64,000 bases of DNA from Microbacteriaceae bacterium (GCA_025463565.1 JAODAT010000001.1:9490-73489), one strand, 5' to 3'. Positions 38,208 to 49,421 are shown, numbered from the stretch's first letter. Notes: generated from the letters alone by a model not told the origin. A program made the numbers and translations.

Positions 38208-38739
38208 TGCGTTCTCTTTCCGTTGTGATCGACTCAGTGATGTTCAGGGTGAGTCCGGCGATCCAGTCGATCTCGCCGGTGAGCTGGTCCAGCAGGTGAT
38301 CCATGGCGATCGCGCGCCACTGCGGCATCGACACGGATTCGTCCTTCAGCGTCTGCACCTGGGCGATGCGTTCGGCCAGCACGTCCGCTCGCGCGGCGAG
38401 GATCGCCTTTCGCGCCGGCGCGTCTATTTCGCCGAAGAAGCTCAGACGCACCAGGAACTCCTCGTCGCTGCCGGCGAGGTCGTGCGGCAGGGCAGAGACC
38501 AGGTCGGTGAACAGCGCCCTACCGGCATCCGTGATCGAGTAGATGCGCCTTGCCGGCCTGCCGTCCTGCTCTTCGACACTGCTGGTCACCGCGCCGAGCT
38601 GCTCGAATCGGCGAAGATGCGGATAGAGCGAGTTGTTGCTGAGCCGAGCGAAGGTGGGCCGCTGCACCTGCCGCTTCAGCTCATAGCCGTGAGCGGGGGC
38701 GGCTCGAAGCACACTGAGAAGGATGAGGTCGAGCGCCAT
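38188..38739 (-). CDS. PadR family regulator
   Basis: PAHGYEL, SLYP.L, RRIYSITDAG. Confidence 0.9.
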   Translation of the reverse strand: MALDLILLSVLRAAPAHGYELKRQVQRPTFARLSNNSLYPHLRRFEQLGAVTSSVEEQDGRPARRIYSITDAGRALFTDLVSALPHDLAGSDEEFLVRLSFFGEIDAPARKAILAARADVLAERIAQVQTLKDESVSMPQWRAIAMDHLLDQLTGEIDWIAGLTLNITESITTERERNVPGNR

Positions 38740-38754
38740 GCCGTCAGTATTTCA

Positions 38755-38771
38755 TATGTCACCGTGACATA
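38755..38771. promoter_or_regulatory. Palindromic operator candidate for PadR
   Basis: TATGTCAC-C-GTGACATA perfect inverted repeat about 15 bp upstream of the padR start. Confidence 0.65.
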
Positions 38772-38794
38772 GGTCAGAGTGGACTACAACGGCC

Positions 38795-39460
38795 TCAGGA
38801 CCCGATGCTCCAGTCGATCGGAGTTCCGCCCTGCTCGACCAGCAGGGCGTTGGCGCGGCTGAACGGTTTCGACCCGAAGAAGCCCCCGGAGGCCGAGAGC
38901 GGGCTGGGATGAACCGACTTGACCACGGGGACCGAGCCCAGCATCGGTTCTAGAGAGATCGCATCCCTCCCCCACAGGATGGCGACGAGCGGCCCCCCTC
39001 GCGTGGCCAGCGCGTGGATGGCGGTGGCCGTGATCGCCTCCCATCCTTTTCCGCGATGCGATCCGCTGGCCCCCGGCTTCACCGTGAGCACTCTGTTGAG
39101 CAGCATCACCCCCTGGTCGGCCCAGGCGCTGAGGTCGCCGTGCTCCGGCACCGGGATGCCGAGGTCGGAGTTCAGCTCCTTGTAAATGTTCTGCAGGCTG
39201 CGCGGCACGGGCCGCACACTCCGTTCGACGGCGAATGACAGCCCGATCGGATGCCCGGGAGTCGGGTACGGGTCCTGGCCGACGATCAGCACCCGCACAT
39301 CCCGGAACGGGCGAGTGAACGCCCTCAGGACGTTGGCGCCGGCCGGCAGGTACGGTCCGCTCGCCCTCAGGAAGTCGCCCATCGCGGCGACCTGGGATGC
39401 GACAGGCGCGAGCACCTCGGCCCAACCCGGGTCGATGAGTTCCGAGAGCGGCTGCGCCAT
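38795..39460 (-). CDS. ung: Uracil-DNA glycosylase (family 1)
   Basis: [24 protein letters not shown]. Confidence 0.95.
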   Translation of the reverse strand: MAQPLSELIDPGWAEVLAPVASQVAAMGDFLRASGPYLPAGANVLRAFTRPFRDVRVLIVGQDPYPTPGHPIGLSFAVERSVRPVPRSLQNIYKELNSDLGIPVPEHGDLSAWADQGVMLLNRVLTVKPGASGSHRGKGWEAITATAIHALATRGGPLVAILWGRDAISLEPMLGSVPVVKSVHPSPLSASGGFFGSKPFSRANALLVEQGGTPIDWSIGS

Positions 39461-39464
39461 CGGC

Positions 39465-39950
39465 CTATTTGAACGCTGCGCCCGTGACGGGGCCCTCCCA
39501 CGACCAGGGGAAGTTGATCCAGCTGTCGGTGTGCTTCCAGGTGTAGTCGGGCTCGAGCACGGAGTGCGACTTCGAGTAGATACACGCCGTCTTCACCTCT
39601 GCGCCGGCGAGCTCGATGATCCCCACGACCATCTTGAGGGTGCGTCCGGAGTCGGAGACATCGTCGACGAGGAGCACGCGCTTGCCCTTCAGCGACACCT
39701 CATCGAGGTAGGGGGCGAGCACGACCGGCTCGTCGAGGCGCGTGTCGACGCCGGTGTAGAACTCGGCGTTCAGCGCGCCGCAACTCTTCACGTCGAGTGC
39801 GTACGCCAGAGCCCCGGCGAGCAGCAGGCCGCCACGGGCGATCGCCACTACGACGTCGGGTACGAACCCACTGTGGAAGATGGTGGTCGCCAGCTCACGC
39901 GATCCGTCCCCGAAGTCTTGCCAGGTCAGAATTTCGCGTTCGTCAGCCAT
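39465..39950 (-). CDS. Type I phosphoribosyltransferase
   Basis: [24 protein letters not shown]. Confidence 0.9.
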   Translation of the reverse strand: MADEREILTWQDFGDGSRELATTIFHSGFVPDVVVAIARGGLLLAGALAYALDVKSCGALNAEFYTGVDTRLDEPVVLAPYLDEVSLKGKRVLLVDDVSDSGRTLKMVVGIIELAGAEVKTACIYSKSHSVLEPDYTWKHTDSWINFPWSWEGPVTGAAFK

Positions 39951-39979
39951 GGGACCAACGTTATCGCTAGCATCCGTAC

Positions 39980-41446
39980 ATGGAATCCACGAAAGCACGG
40001 GCAGGCAGCATCACCTTCGGCCTGATCGGCTTCCTGTTCCTGGTCGAACTGGTCAGCGGCATCCTGCAGGGCTACTACGTGCCACTCATCAGCGACCTGG
40101 TGAAGTACCTCCACATCAAGGACGCCGACTACAACTGGTTCGAGGCGGCGCAACTCCTGGTCTCCGCGCTGGTGGTGCCGGTGCTCGCGAAGCTCGGCGA
40201 CATGTTCGGGCACAAGCGGATTCTGCTCTTCGCCACGGTCGTCACCGCGCTGGCCTCCTGGGCGCTCGCGTTCTCCGGCAACTTCACGACCTACCTGATC
40301 TCCTTCGCCCTGCAGGGGTTCTACGTGGTCTGGCTGCCGCTCGAGATCGCGCTCATCTTCGATCGCGGCCGCCGCACCGGTCGTGGCCCGTCGCAGACCC
40401 GACGTGCGGCCGGATTCCTCGTGGTCGCGCTCGAAGCCGGCGCCATCGTCGGCGCACTGCTTGGCGGCCGGGTCTTTGGCTGGCTCGGTCACAACGTCAC
40501 CGGAACGCTGACGATTCCGGCGATCGCCGTCACCCTGGTGTTCTTCGCGATCCTCTTCGGGGTGCCGGAATCGACCCCGCTGCCCGGCCGCAAACTCGAC
40601 GTGACCGGTTTCGTCATCCTGACCCTCGCCCTGCTGCTGATTACGGCAGGATTGACCTTCCTGCGGCTGAACGGCGCGGGAGCGTGGTGGTGCTATCTCC
40701 TGATCGTGCTCGGCGTGCTCGTCTTCATCCCGTTCGCCCGCTACGAGCAACGGCAGGCCGACCCCGCGATCGACCTGCGCGTGCTGATGCAACCGAACAT
40801 GTGGCCGGTGCAGCTGACCGCGGGACTGATCGGCATCAGCCTGCTCGGCGCCCAGGCGCCGCTCAGCGCATACGCCGGCACCAACCCGGCCAATGGCTAC
40901 GGACTCGGGCTCGACTCCGACGACCGGTCGACGCTCATCGGCGTCTATCTCGTCTCGCTGATCATCGGCGCGCTGCTGTTCCCCCTGCTCTCGCGCCTGT
41001 TGTCGCCGCGTGTCTCGCTCATCGTCGCGGCGTTCTTCGTCGCGGTCGGCTATCTGCTGTTCATCCCCTTCCACCACACGGAGCTGCAGGTGATCACCAA
41101 CATGGTCATCGCGGGGCTCGGGTCGGGTGCGCTGGTGGGCGCGATGCCGGCGGCGGCCGCCGCCGCGGCGCCACAGGGGCAAACCGGCATCGCGGCGGCG
41201 CTCACCAACACCACGAAGACGATCGGCGGGTCATTCGCGTCAGCCGTCTTCGGCATCGCACTGGCGATGGGCGTCGTGACTGTGGCCGGAAGTACGGCGT
41301 CAAGCCTGTCGGGCTACTACACGGTCTGGATCATCTGCGGGGTCGGCGCGCTGGTCGCCGCCGTGCTGCTGTTCTTCGTGCCGAAGCTGGCGTTCGGCGA
41401 CCCGGGATCCGCGGAGGTCGAAGCGGCCGAGTCGATTGTCGAATAG
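39980..41446 (+). CDS. MFS transporter
   Basis: KLGDMFGHKR motif A; about 14 TM helices. Confidence 0.9.
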   Translation: MESTKARAGSITFGLIGFLFLVELVSGILQGYYVPLISDLVKYLHIKDADYNWFEAAQLLVSALVVPVLAKLGDMFGHKRILLFATVVTALASWALAFSGNFTTYLISFALQGFYVVWLPLEIALIFDRGRRTGRGPSQTRRAAGFLVVALEAGAIVGALLGGRVFGWLGHNVTGTLTIPAIAVTLVFFAILFGVPESTPLPGRKLDVTGFVILTLALLLITAGLTFLRLNGAGAWWCYLLIVLGVLVFIPFARYEQRQADPAIDLRVLMQPNMWPVQLTAGLIGISLLGAQAPLSAYAGTNPANGYGLGLDSDDRSTLIGVYLVSLIIGALLFPLLSRLLSPRVSLIVAAFFVAVGYLLFIPFHHTELQVITNMVIAGLGSGALVGAMPAAAAAAAPQGQTGIAAALTNTTKTIGGSFASAVFGIALAMGVVTVAGSTASSLSGYYTVWIICGVGALVAAVLLFFVPKLAFGDPGSAEVEAAESIVE

Positions 41447-42223
41447 CTAGAGCTTCGGCTTCAGCTCGCCGCGGATGACCTTCCACGGAGCGGCCTGTGC
41501 CACGGGCTTGATCGTGATCAGGTCGAGATTCACGTGCGGCGGGAGCTCCATCGCGAGCACGATCGCCTGCGCGATGTCCTCGGCGACCAGCGGATCTGGC
41601 ACGTTCTCGTAAACCGCATCGGCCTTCGCCCGGTCGCCACCGAAACGCACCAGCGAGAACTCGTCGGTCTTCACCATGCCAGGAGCGATCTCCAGCACTC
41701 GGATCGGCTCGCCCGCGAGTTCGAGGCGCAGCACCGCCACCAGGGCGTGCTCACCGAACTTCGCCGCGTTGTAACCGCCGCCACCCTCATACGCGACATG
41801 GCCCGCGATCGAGGTGACGGTCATGATGTCGGCATGGCCGCCGGAGGAAGCACCCAGGCGAAGCAGGGGCAGCAGGGCGCTGGTGACCCGTTTCGTCGCC
41901 ACGACGTTGATGTCGAACATCCGGGACCAGTCATCCGCGTCGCTGCCCTCGACGGAGGACATCCCGAACGCCCCGCCCGCGTTGTTCACCAGGGCGTGGA
42001 TGGTGCCGAGCCCCGCAATGTGATCGCGCAGGGCGTCGACCTGCGACTGGTCCGTGAGGTCGGCCGTGAAGATGTCGCAGCCGATCTCTGCGGCGAGCAC
42101 CTCCAGGCGATCGGTGCGGCGGGCCACCGCGAGCACGTCCCAGCCGTGCTCGCGGAACAGCCGCGCCGTCGCCGCCCCGATACCTGAACTTGCTCCGGTC
42201 ACCACAACGCGTCGGTTCGTCAT
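41447..42223 (-). CDS. SDR oxidoreductase (YdfG-like)
   Basis: TGASSGIG, NNAG, YNAAK, APGMV.T.EFS.VRF.GD, LPPHVN. Confidence 0.9.
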   Translation of the reverse strand: MTNRRVVVTGASSGIGAATARLFREHGWDVLAVARRTDRLEVLAAEIGCDIFTADLTDQSQVDALRDHIAGLGTIHALVNNAGGAFGMSSVEGSDADDWSRMFDINVVATKRVTSALLPLLRLGASSGGHADIMTVTSIAGHVAYEGGGGYNAAKFGEHALVAVLRLELAGEPIRVLEIAPGMVKTDEFSLVRFGGDRAKADAVYENVPDPLVAEDIAQAIVLAMELPPHVNLDLITIKPVAQAAPWKVIRGELKPKL

Positions 42224-42247
42224 GGCACTACCGTATTGGACAGCGAC

Positions 42248-43831
42248 TCAGTGCAGGTTGACCCTCTTCGGCAGGAAGAAGACCAGGCCGAACGCCACGA
42301 CCGCGAAGATCGCGCTGACCAGCATCGCCACCGTCGCGGCATGACCGAAGTCGGTCGCGAGCAGATGCTTCGAGAACTGGGAGCCGAGTGCCTTCGCGGC
42401 GGCAGCGGGAGTGTCGTACTTTCCGCTGTGCATCGCGTCGGGAAGAGCCTTTGTCACCTCAGCCGTCACCTTGCCCTTGATGCCGCCGAGGTCGGCGATG
42501 CTGAACAGCACGCTCGACACCACAGCGATGCCGATCGCGCTGCCGATGCGCTGCATGGTGCCGATGACGCCGGATGCCGCGCCGGCCTCCGATCCGTCGA
42601 CCGTCGCCACGATGAATCGCGCATTCGGTGCGATGAACAGGCCGCTTCCGAGACCGGCGATCACGAGCGGACCGAGCAGCTCCCAGTTCGTCAGGTTCTC
42701 GGGCTTCACGGTGAGCAGGATCAGCCACAGCGCGATCAGGCCGATGGAGACCATCGCGATACCGATCACAAGCACCGTGCGGCCGAGCCTCTGCGCGAGC
42801 CGGTCGCTCTGCGACGCGCCGATGATGTTGCCGATCGCGAACGGGATGGACACGAGGCCCGACTCGAGCGCGGTGTGTCCGAGCCCCGCCTGCCAGAGCA
42901 GCGAGATCGTGAAGAAGATGCTGGTGAAGGCCGCAAAGTACACGAGCGCCAGCAGGGTGCCACCGGTGAACGAGGGATGCGAGAACAGGTGCGGCGGCAC
43001 GAGCGGCGAGCTGCCGCGAGCGGCCAGCCTGCGCTCCCAGAGCGCGAACAGCACTAGCAGAACGACGCCGCCGACGAGCGACACGTACGTCCACGCCGGC
43101 CAGCCCTGGTCCTGGCCCTGGATGAGCGGCACCAGGATGGCCACCAGCGAGCCGGCGAGAAGCACCAGTCCGATGAAGTCCATCGAGGCCTTCTGGCCGG
43201 CGACCACCTTGGGCAGCACGATCGCGGCCGCGACGAGGGCGATCACGCCGATCGGCAGGTTCACGAAGAAGATGTAGCGCCAGCCCTGGTCGGCTCCGAG
43301 GGCCTGGATGATGAGGCCTCCGACGATCGGACCGAGTGCAGAGGAAACGCCGATGACGGCGCCCATGATCGCGAACGCCTTGCCGCGCTTCATCGGCGGG
43401 AAGAGTAGCTGGATGAATGCGGTCACCGGCGGGAAGAAGATGCCACCGCCGAGGCCCTGCACCACCCGGGACACGATGAGCTCGGCCGAGTTCTGCGAGA
43501 GGCCCGCTGCGAGGCTCGCCACCGTGAACAGCGCCAGTCCGGTGAAGAACACCCACTTGTGGCCGATGCGGTCGCCGATCCTTCCGGCGGGGATGAGCAC
43601 GAGCCCGAAGGCGAGGGCGTAGCCGGAGATGATCCAGGCCAGGGTCGATTCGTCGGCGTTGATGCCCGTGCGGATGCTTTGCAGGGCCACGTTGACGATC
43701 GTGGTGTCGAGAAGCGACATGAACATGCCGATGAGCAGCACGGCGAGCGCTCCCCATGCCCTGCGGCTGCTTACTCCTGGCGGTGCTGTCCACGCCGGGG
43801 CGTTGCCCCAGGTCTTGGGCTGGTCGGTCAT
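42248..43831 (-). CDS. DHA2 MFS efflux transporter
   Basis: LDTTIVNVAL, GRIGDRIGHK, GWRYIFFVNLPIG. Confidence 0.92.
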   Translation of the reverse strand: MTDQPKTWGNAPAWTAPPGVSSRRAWGALAVLLIGMFMSLLDTTIVNVALQSIRTGINADESTLAWIISGYALAFGLVLIPAGRIGDRIGHKWVFFTGLALFTVASLAAGLSQNSAELIVSRVVQGLGGGIFFPPVTAFIQLLFPPMKRGKAFAIMGAVIGVSSALGPIVGGLIIQALGADQGWRYIFFVNLPIGVIALVAAAIVLPKVVAGQKASMDFIGLVLLAGSLVAILVPLIQGQDQGWPAWTYVSLVGGVVLLVLFALWERRLAARGSSPLVPPHLFSHPSFTGGTLLALVYFAAFTSIFFTISLLWQAGLGHTALESGLVSIPFAIGNIIGASQSDRLAQRLGRTVLVIGIAMVSIGLIALWLILLTVKPENLTNWELLGPLVIAGLGSGLFIAPNARFIVATVDGSEAGAASGVIGTMQRIGSAIGIAVVSSVLFSIADLGGIKGKVTAEVTKALPDAMHSGKYDTPAAAAKALGSQFSKHLLATDFGHAATVAMLVSAIFAVVAFGLVFFLPKRVNLH

Positions 43832-44421
43832 TCGTTGTGTCCTTTCGTGGACTCTCGTGACTGTGTGTCTCGATTTTGTTCGTCTGAGATGATCGCGGGA
43901 AGTTCTGACAAAAGTCGTTCGTGGAATTCGATCTCGGCCCGGTAGCGCGAGAACTTGTGGCTCATCGACCAGCTCTCCGCGACGCTCAGGTATTTGCTGA
44001 TCTCCTTGAGGTGGCTCTCTTCGGACGCGAGCGTCTCTGTGAGCCGCCAGAGTCGCCGGTGCAGAATTCCGGGCAGCTCGTCGAGCGCCGTGGGGTCGAG
44101 TCGGGCGAGGGCCAGGTCGAACGGGTCGGGTTTGATCACGATCTCGGAGAGCCCCTGGATGCGCAGCTCGTCGAGCGCGTCCATGCCCTCGGCGCTGATC
44201 TTATAGACCTGTCGCTCCGGGTAGTTGCCCTGCTTCTCCACCCGCTCTTCGTCGATCAGCCCCTCGGCGGCCAGCCGCTTGATCGCGCCGTAGACGGCGC
44301 TCGGCGCGAAGTCGGTCCAGTCGTCGATGTGTTCCTGCTCGGCCAGCTGAAGCAGCGCGCGGCCGTGCATGGGGCCGTGCTGGTCGAGTGACCCGAGCAC
44401 GAACAGACGGATGGATGACAC
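43828..44421 (-). CDS. PadR family regulator
   Basis: GPMHG, AVYGAIKRL, YPERQVY.I; coupled to the MFS gene. Confidence 0.88.
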   Translation of the reverse strand: MSSIRLFVLGSLDQHGPMHGRALLQLAEQEHIDDWTDFAPSAVYGAIKRLAAEGLIDEERVEKQGNYPERQVYKISAEGMDALDELRIQGLSEIVIKPDPFDLALARLDPTALDELPGILHRRLWRLTETLASEESHLKEISKYLSVAESWSMSHKFSRYRAEIEFHERLLSELPAIISDEQNRDTQSRESTKGHNE

Positions 44422-44569
44422 GCGACTACTCTTGCACGACTAGTCATACACGTCAAGCGCCTCTATTACCCCGTATTGCGGCTTCCATTGATACCCCAAG
44501 GTGACCTGCTTAAGCTCGCTTGCGAGTGGGCAGGCCGTCCGCCCACCGAAGATTTTTAGGAGAACAACA

Positions 44570-45895
44570 ATGAGCGACGCATCCGCCTGGAAGTTCGAAA
44601 CCAAGCAGATCCACACCGGAGCGGCACCCGACCCGGTCACCAACGCCCGCGCCACGCCGATCTACCAGACCACGTCGTACGTGTTCAACAACGCTGAGCA
44701 CGCCGCCAACCTGTTCGCCCTGGCCGAGTTCGGCAATATCTACACCCGCATTCAGAACCCGACCCAGAACGTGGTTGAGGAGCGCGTCGCGGCCCTCGAG
44801 GGCGGCACTGCGGCGCTCCTCGTCGCGTCGGGCCAGGCGGCGGAGACCTTTGCGGTGCTCAACATCGCGCAGGCCGGCGACCACATCGTGTCGTCCTCGT
44901 CGATCTACGGCGGTACATACAACCTGTTCAAGTACACGCTGGCGAAGCTCGGCATCGAGACCACCTTCGTCGAGAACCAGGACGACGCGGCCGAGTGGGC
45001 AGCCGCCGTGCGCCCGAACACCAAGCTGTTCTTCGCGGAGACCATCGGCAACCCGAAGATCAACATCCTCGACATCAAGCTGGTCTCCGACGTCGCGCAC
45101 CAGAACGGCGTGCCGCTCATCGTGGACAACACGATCGCGACCCCGTACCTCATCCGCCCGTTCGAGCACGGCGCCGACATCATCGTGCACTCCGCCACCA
45201 AGTTCCTCGGCGGTCACGGCACGGTCATCGGCGGCATCATCGTCGACGGCGGAAAGTTCGAGTGGTCGAAGAACGTCGAGAAGTTCCCGGGACTCACCGA
45301 GCCCGACCCGAGCTACCACGGCGCCAGCTACACCACCGTGCTCGGCGACGGCATCGCCTACATCATCAAGGCCCGCGTCCAGTTGCTGCGCGACCTCGGC
45401 TCGGCCATCGCCCCGGCGAGCGCATGGCAGCTCATCCAGGGCATCGAGACCCTCAGCCTGCGCATCGAGCGCCACGTGCAGAACGCCCAGGCGGTCGCAG
45501 AGTGGCTCGACAACAACGATGACGTCGCGTCGGTCAACTACTCCGGCCTCCCGTCCAGCCCGTGGTACGCGAAGGCCAACGAGTACGCGCCCAAGGGCGT
45601 CGGCGCGGTGCTGAGCTTCGAGCTGAAGGGTGGAGTGGATGCCGGCCGAGCCCTGGTGGACAACGTCTCGCTGTTCAGCCACCTGGCCAACATCGGCGAT
45701 GTGCGGAGCCTGATCATCCACCCCGCCTCCACCACCCACTCGCAGCTCACCCCCGAGCAGCAGCTGACCTCGGGTGTGACGCCCGGCCTGGTGCGGCTGT
45801 CGGTCGGCCTCGAGAACATCGACGACATCATCGCCGACCTCGAAGCCGGCCTCGCAGCGGCTCGTACGGTGAGCGCGGCTAACTCCAAGGCGTAA
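44570..45895 (+). CDS. metY: O-acetylhomoserine/O-acetylserine sulfhydrylase
   Basis: [42 protein letters not shown]; SD AGGAG. Confidence 0.95.
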   Translation: MSDASAWKFETKQIHTGAAPDPVTNARATPIYQTTSYVFNNAEHAANLFALAEFGNIYTRIQNPTQNVVEERVAALEGGTAALLVASGQAAETFAVLNIAQAGDHIVSSSSIYGGTYNLFKYTLAKLGIETTFVENQDDAAEWAAAVRPNTKLFFAETIGNPKINILDIKLVSDVAHQNGVPLIVDNTIATPYLIRPFEHGADIIVHSATKFLGGHGTVIGGIIVDGGKFEWSKNVEKFPGLTEPDPSYHGASYTTVLGDGIAYIIKARVQLLRDLGSAIAPASAWQLIQGIETLSLRIERHVQNAQAVAEWLDNNDDVASVNYSGLPSSPWYAKANEYAPKGVGAVLSFELKGGVDAGRALVDNVSLFSHLANIGDVRSLIIHPASTTHSQLTPEQQLTSGVTPGLVRLSVGLENIDDIIADLEAGLAAARTVSAANSKA

Positions 45896-45903
45896 TCACT
45901 ACG

Positions 45904-45962
45904 GCGAAGTGCCCAAGAATGTCCCCTTTTCGCGAAAGGGACGACATTCTTGGGCACTTCGC
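45904..45962. repeat. Long intergenic hairpin (20-bp perfect outer stem)
   Basis: gcgaagtgcccaagaatgtc...gacattcttgggcacttcgc with an inner cccttt/aaaggg stem, between metY and metX. Confidence 0.75.
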
Positions 45963-46012
45963 GTTGGGGTGGGGCGTAACACAAGCACTGCCCGCGGGAT
46001 ACTGGAAACGAC

Positions 46013-47218
46013 ATGGACTGGCAGACACCCGAGGACACCGCTCCGGCGAGCTTCGTCACCGACGCGAACGCACGCGCCATTTCGGGCAAGCCGCGGGCGA
46101 CCGGTGCTTGGCGAGAAGGCGATCCGGCCGGCGGACGGCAGTTCGTCTCACTCGGCGCGCGCACCCTCGAGCGCGGCGGCACGCTGCCGGTCGTGCGGAT
46201 GTCGTACGAGACCTGGGGCGAACTCAGTCCCGCAAAAGACAACGCGGTGCTCCTTCTGCACGCCCTCACCGGTGACAGCCACGTCATCGGGGAGCCGGGG
46301 CCCGGTCACGCCACCGGCGGCTGGTGGTCGGGCATCGTCGGCCCCGGTAGGTACATCGACACAGACCGCTGGTTCGTGATCGCGCCCAACATGCTCGGTG
46401 GCTGCCAAGGAACGACGGGCCCGGCGTCTTTCGCCCCCGACGGTCGGGAGTGGGGAGCACGCTTCCCCTACGTCACCATCCGCGACCAGGTCGATGCCCA
46501 GGCGGGGCTCGCCGACGCGCTCGGAATCGAGCGCTGGGCGGCAGTCGCCGGTGGGTCCATGGGCGGAATGCAGGCGCTCGAGTGGGCGGTCAGCTATCCC
46601 GAGCGTGTCGAGCGGGTCGCCATTCTCGCCGCCCCGCCCATCAGCGATGCCGATCAGATCGCCCTTAATTCGGTACAGGTCGAGGCGATCCACATGGATC
46701 CGAACTTCGCAGACGGCGACTACTACGAGGCCCCGGACGGCGAGGGTCCGCACCGCGGGCTGGCGCTCGCTCGCCGCATGGCCCTGCTCAGCTATCGCTC
46801 CCCCACCGAGCTCAACGATCGCTTCCAGCGCACCTGGCAGTCTGAGATCAGTCCGCTCGGCGACTCCGGGCGGTTCGCCGTCGAAAGCTACCTCGACTTC
46901 CACGGCAACAAGTTCACGCGCCGTTTCGACGCGAACAGCTACATCCTGCTGGTGCAGGCGATGAGCTCGCACGACGTCGGCCGCGGCCGCGGCGGCGTCG
47001 AGGCCGCCCTCTCCCGCGTGACGGCCAGGAGCCTCGTCCTCGGCATCGACAGCGACCGGCTGATGCCCGTCACCGACCAGATCACGATCGCGCGAGGGCT
47101 GCCGGCGACGATCGACGGCGGCGAGGCCGTCGTCATCCACTCCGACTTCGGGCACGACGCGTTCCTCATCGAGGACAATCTGGTCGGCCCTCACCTCGCG
47201 CGGCTCCTCGCCAGCTGA
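46013..47218 (+). CDS. metX: Homoserine O-acetyltransferase
   Basis: HALTGDSH, GWW, GGCQGTTGP, GGSMGG, RFDANSY, GHDAFL. Confidence 0.95.
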   Translation: MDWQTPEDTAPASFVTDANARAISGKPRATGAWREGDPAGGRQFVSLGARTLERGGTLPVVRMSYETWGELSPAKDNAVLLLHALTGDSHVIGEPGPGHATGGWWSGIVGPGRYIDTDRWFVIAPNMLGGCQGTTGPASFAPDGREWGARFPYVTIRDQVDAQAGLADALGIERWAAVAGGSMGGMQALEWAVSYPERVERVAILAAPPISDADQIALNSVQVEAIHMDPNFADGDYYEAPDGEGPHRGLALARRMALLSYRSPTELNDRFQRTWQSEISPLGDSGRFAVESYLDFHGNKFTRRFDANSYILLVQAMSSHDVGRGRGGVEAALSRVTARSLVLGIDSDRLMPVTDQITIARGLPATIDGGEAVVIHSDFGHDAFLIEDNLVGPHLARLLAS

Positions 47219-47225
47219 GCCCGTC

Positions 47226-47244
47226 CTCTCGTAACAGACGAGAG
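47226..47244 (+). terminator. Possible terminator hairpin after metX
   Basis: ctctcgt-aacag-acgagag; lacks a strong U tail. Confidence 0.4.
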
Positions 47245-47323
47245 AGATTCATGTTGGCTATATAGTCGGTAGACAGAGTGGTCTGTGCGCGCACCCGAGC
47301 ACGCACATCGCTGAGGGGAACCT

Positions 47324-47989
47324 TTGTCTCTCGAATCACAACCCGGTGCTCGCGCGATCCGTGTGGCAGTCGTCGACGACCATCGACTCGTCATCGACGG
47401 GATCTCGGCGCACTTCGCCGCGGTCGCCCCTGAGATCGAGGTGGCCATCGAAACGACGACATGGGCCGGGCTGCTCGAGCACGACCGGTTCCCTGTCGAC
47501 GTCGTGCTGATCGACCTCAATCTGGAAGACAACATCGCGATCGGGACGAAGATCCGCGCGCTGTCGGCCGCCGGCACGCGCACCATCGTGTTCAGCAGGC
47601 ATGCAGACGCGGCATCCATTCACGGGGCGATAAAAGCCGGCGCACTGGCATTCGTGCCGAAAACCGACACCGCGGACGAACTCGTGCTCGCGGTACGGTC
47701 GGTGGTTGACGGCACCCACTACCGCAACCAGCATGTCACCGATGCGCTTGCGCTGATCTCGACGATCGAGGACCCGGGACTCGGCAAACAGGAGTATCGC
47801 GCTCTCGTGCTCTACGCGTCCGGCCTGTCCATTCGCGAGGTCGCTCACGAGATGTCGACCACCGAGGAAACGGTCAAGTCATACATCAAGCGCGGTAGGC
47901 GCAAATACCGGGCCATCGGGGTCGATCTCGGCACCAAGTTGCGGCTGAGGAGGCACGGAATCCGCGAGGGCTGGCTCACGCCGGACTGA
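47324..47989 (+). CDS. NarL/LuxR-type response regulator 1
   Basis: VVDDH, VLIDL phospho-Asp, FVPK, EETVKSYIKR HTH. Confidence 0.9.
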   Translation: MSLESQPGARAIRVAVVDDHRLVIDGISAHFAAVAPEIEVAIETTTWAGLLEHDRFPVDVVLIDLNLEDNIAIGTKIRALSAAGTRTIVFSRHADAASIHGAIKAGALAFVPKTDTADELVLAVRSVVDGTHYRNQHVTDALALISTIEDPGLGKQEYRALVLYASGLSIREVAHEMSTTEETVKSYIKRGRRKYRAIGVDLGTKLRLRRHGIREGWLTPD

Positions 47990-48035
47990 CGACGACCGTG
48001 GCGTGGCCACCCGTTGACGCGACGCTTTAACGAGC

Positions 48036-48065
48036 AAGAGGGCCCCGGTCGCCCGTGGCCCTCTT
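48036..48065 (+). terminator. Hairpin after response regulator 1
   Basis: aagagggcc...ggccctctt followed by ctgca. Confidence 0.45.
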
Positions 48066-48257
48066 CTGCATCCCCCGACATCGTCTTCGGGTCATATGTC
48101 GATCGATTCCGAGGCTAGGCCCCCGGTTTCGACAGTGGCGGCCGTTCGCACGGCATTGCCCCTCTGTTTCGTAATCGAGCGTACAGGCCGCGACACGCTG
48201 GGCCGCTACGACACAACACCCCCACTTAAGGTCACAGGGTGTGTGACTATTACACAC

Positions 48258-49421
48258 GTGGAACTCATCGCCAAAGAGCGCGATCGGCTTCTCCAGCGCT
48301 CCGCACGGATGATCGGCATCGGCTCTGCCATCGTCGCTCTCGCCTGTTTCGCCATCCCGGGGGTGCTGGCGTGGACGACGCTGCTGGCAACCCTGCCGCT
48401 GTTCGCGGTGCTCGTGTTCTCCCATGTGCGCCTCGGCGCCAGCCAGTCGGCCGTCTGGGCACTCGTCGGCATCGTCGCGGGGCTCGGCATCCTCGTTGTC
48501 ATTTTCGCTCCGATCGGCGGCCCGGCGGGCCCGTCGCTCGGCACAGCTCTCGTTCCGCTCGCGGGCGGATCCGTCGCCGCGTTCGCAATCGTGCTGACGA
48601 CGAGCGGACGCCGCATCGCGATGCTCGTGATCGGGCTCGTTGCGGCCGTGGTGCTCACCGAGCTTGCTGCCGGCGCCCCCGCCAGCTATTCCTTCGCAGG
48701 AGTCAGCGTCGCGATCGGCTGGGTGCTCGCCGCGGTGTTCGGCTACTGGCTGTCGGCCAGCGTTCCGCGCGCAGCCCGCCGCATCTACAGCATCGGCCGG
48801 GCACACCGGGCCGAACGCCAGGCCAGTGAGACCGAAGCTCAACGACGCCAGGGTGCTCGCCTCCTGCACGACACCGTGCTCGCGACCCTCACCATGCTCG
48901 CCCACTCCGGGGTCGGCGTCGCCGCCACCGCACTGCAGCAGCAGGCCAACGACGATGCCCGCCTTCTGCGCCAGCTGAGGCTCGGCGCGACCCCGACCCC
49001 GCAGTCGTCGGGTGGCTACAACCTCGAACCGGTTGAAGAAACCGCGCTCGGCACGACGCTCGAGTCGGTCAAGCAGCGCTTCGGCCGCATGGGGCTCGAG
49101 GTGAGCTGGCACGGCACCGGGCAGGTGCTGCTGCCGAGCGACGTGCTCGACGCATTTCTCCTGGCACTCGCCGAGTGCCTGGAGAACGTGCGCAGGCACT
49201 CCGGTGTCACGGACGCCCATGTGACCATCACCGACGACGACACGATCGTGCGCGCGATGGTGACGGATGCCGGCGTCGGCTTCGACATCAAAGACATCGA
49301 CGAAGCGCGCATGGGCTTCAAGGACTCGGTGGTCGGCCGCCTCAAAGAGGTCGGCGGCAGCGCGCGACTGTTCTCATCAAAGGGTGCAGGAACCACCGTC
49401 GTGCTCGAGGTGCCGAAGTGA
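48258..49421 (+). CDS. Membrane sensor histidine kinase (HisKA_3-like)
   Basis: About 5-6 TM helices, RLLHDTV H-box, E.LENVRRHS N-box, DAGVGFD, GAGTTV. Confidence 0.88.
   Translation: MELIAKERDRLLQRSARMIGIGSAIVALACFAIPGVLAWTTLLATLPLFAVLVFSHVRLGASQSAVWALVGIVAGLGILVVIFAPIGGPAGPSLGTALVPLAGGSVAAFAIVLTTSGRRIAMLVIGLVAAVVLTELAAGAPASYSFAGVSVAIGWVLAAVFGYWLSASVPRAARRIYSIGRAHRAERQASETEAQRRQGARLLHDTVLATLTMLAHSGVGVAATALQQQANDDARLLRQLRLGATPTPQSSGGYNLEPVEETALGTTLESVKQRFGRMGLEVSWHGTGQVLLPSDVLDAFLLALAECLENVRRHSGVTDAHVTITDDDTIVRAMVTDAGVGFDIKDIDEARMGFKDSVVGRLKEVGGSARLFSSKGAGTTVVLEVPK

Noticed and set aside
44440-44569. SAM-IV or SAH riboswitch upstream of metY
   Set aside because: Only short hairpins (gtgggc/gcccac, ctcgc/gcgag); the conserved cores of those riboswitches are not visible.
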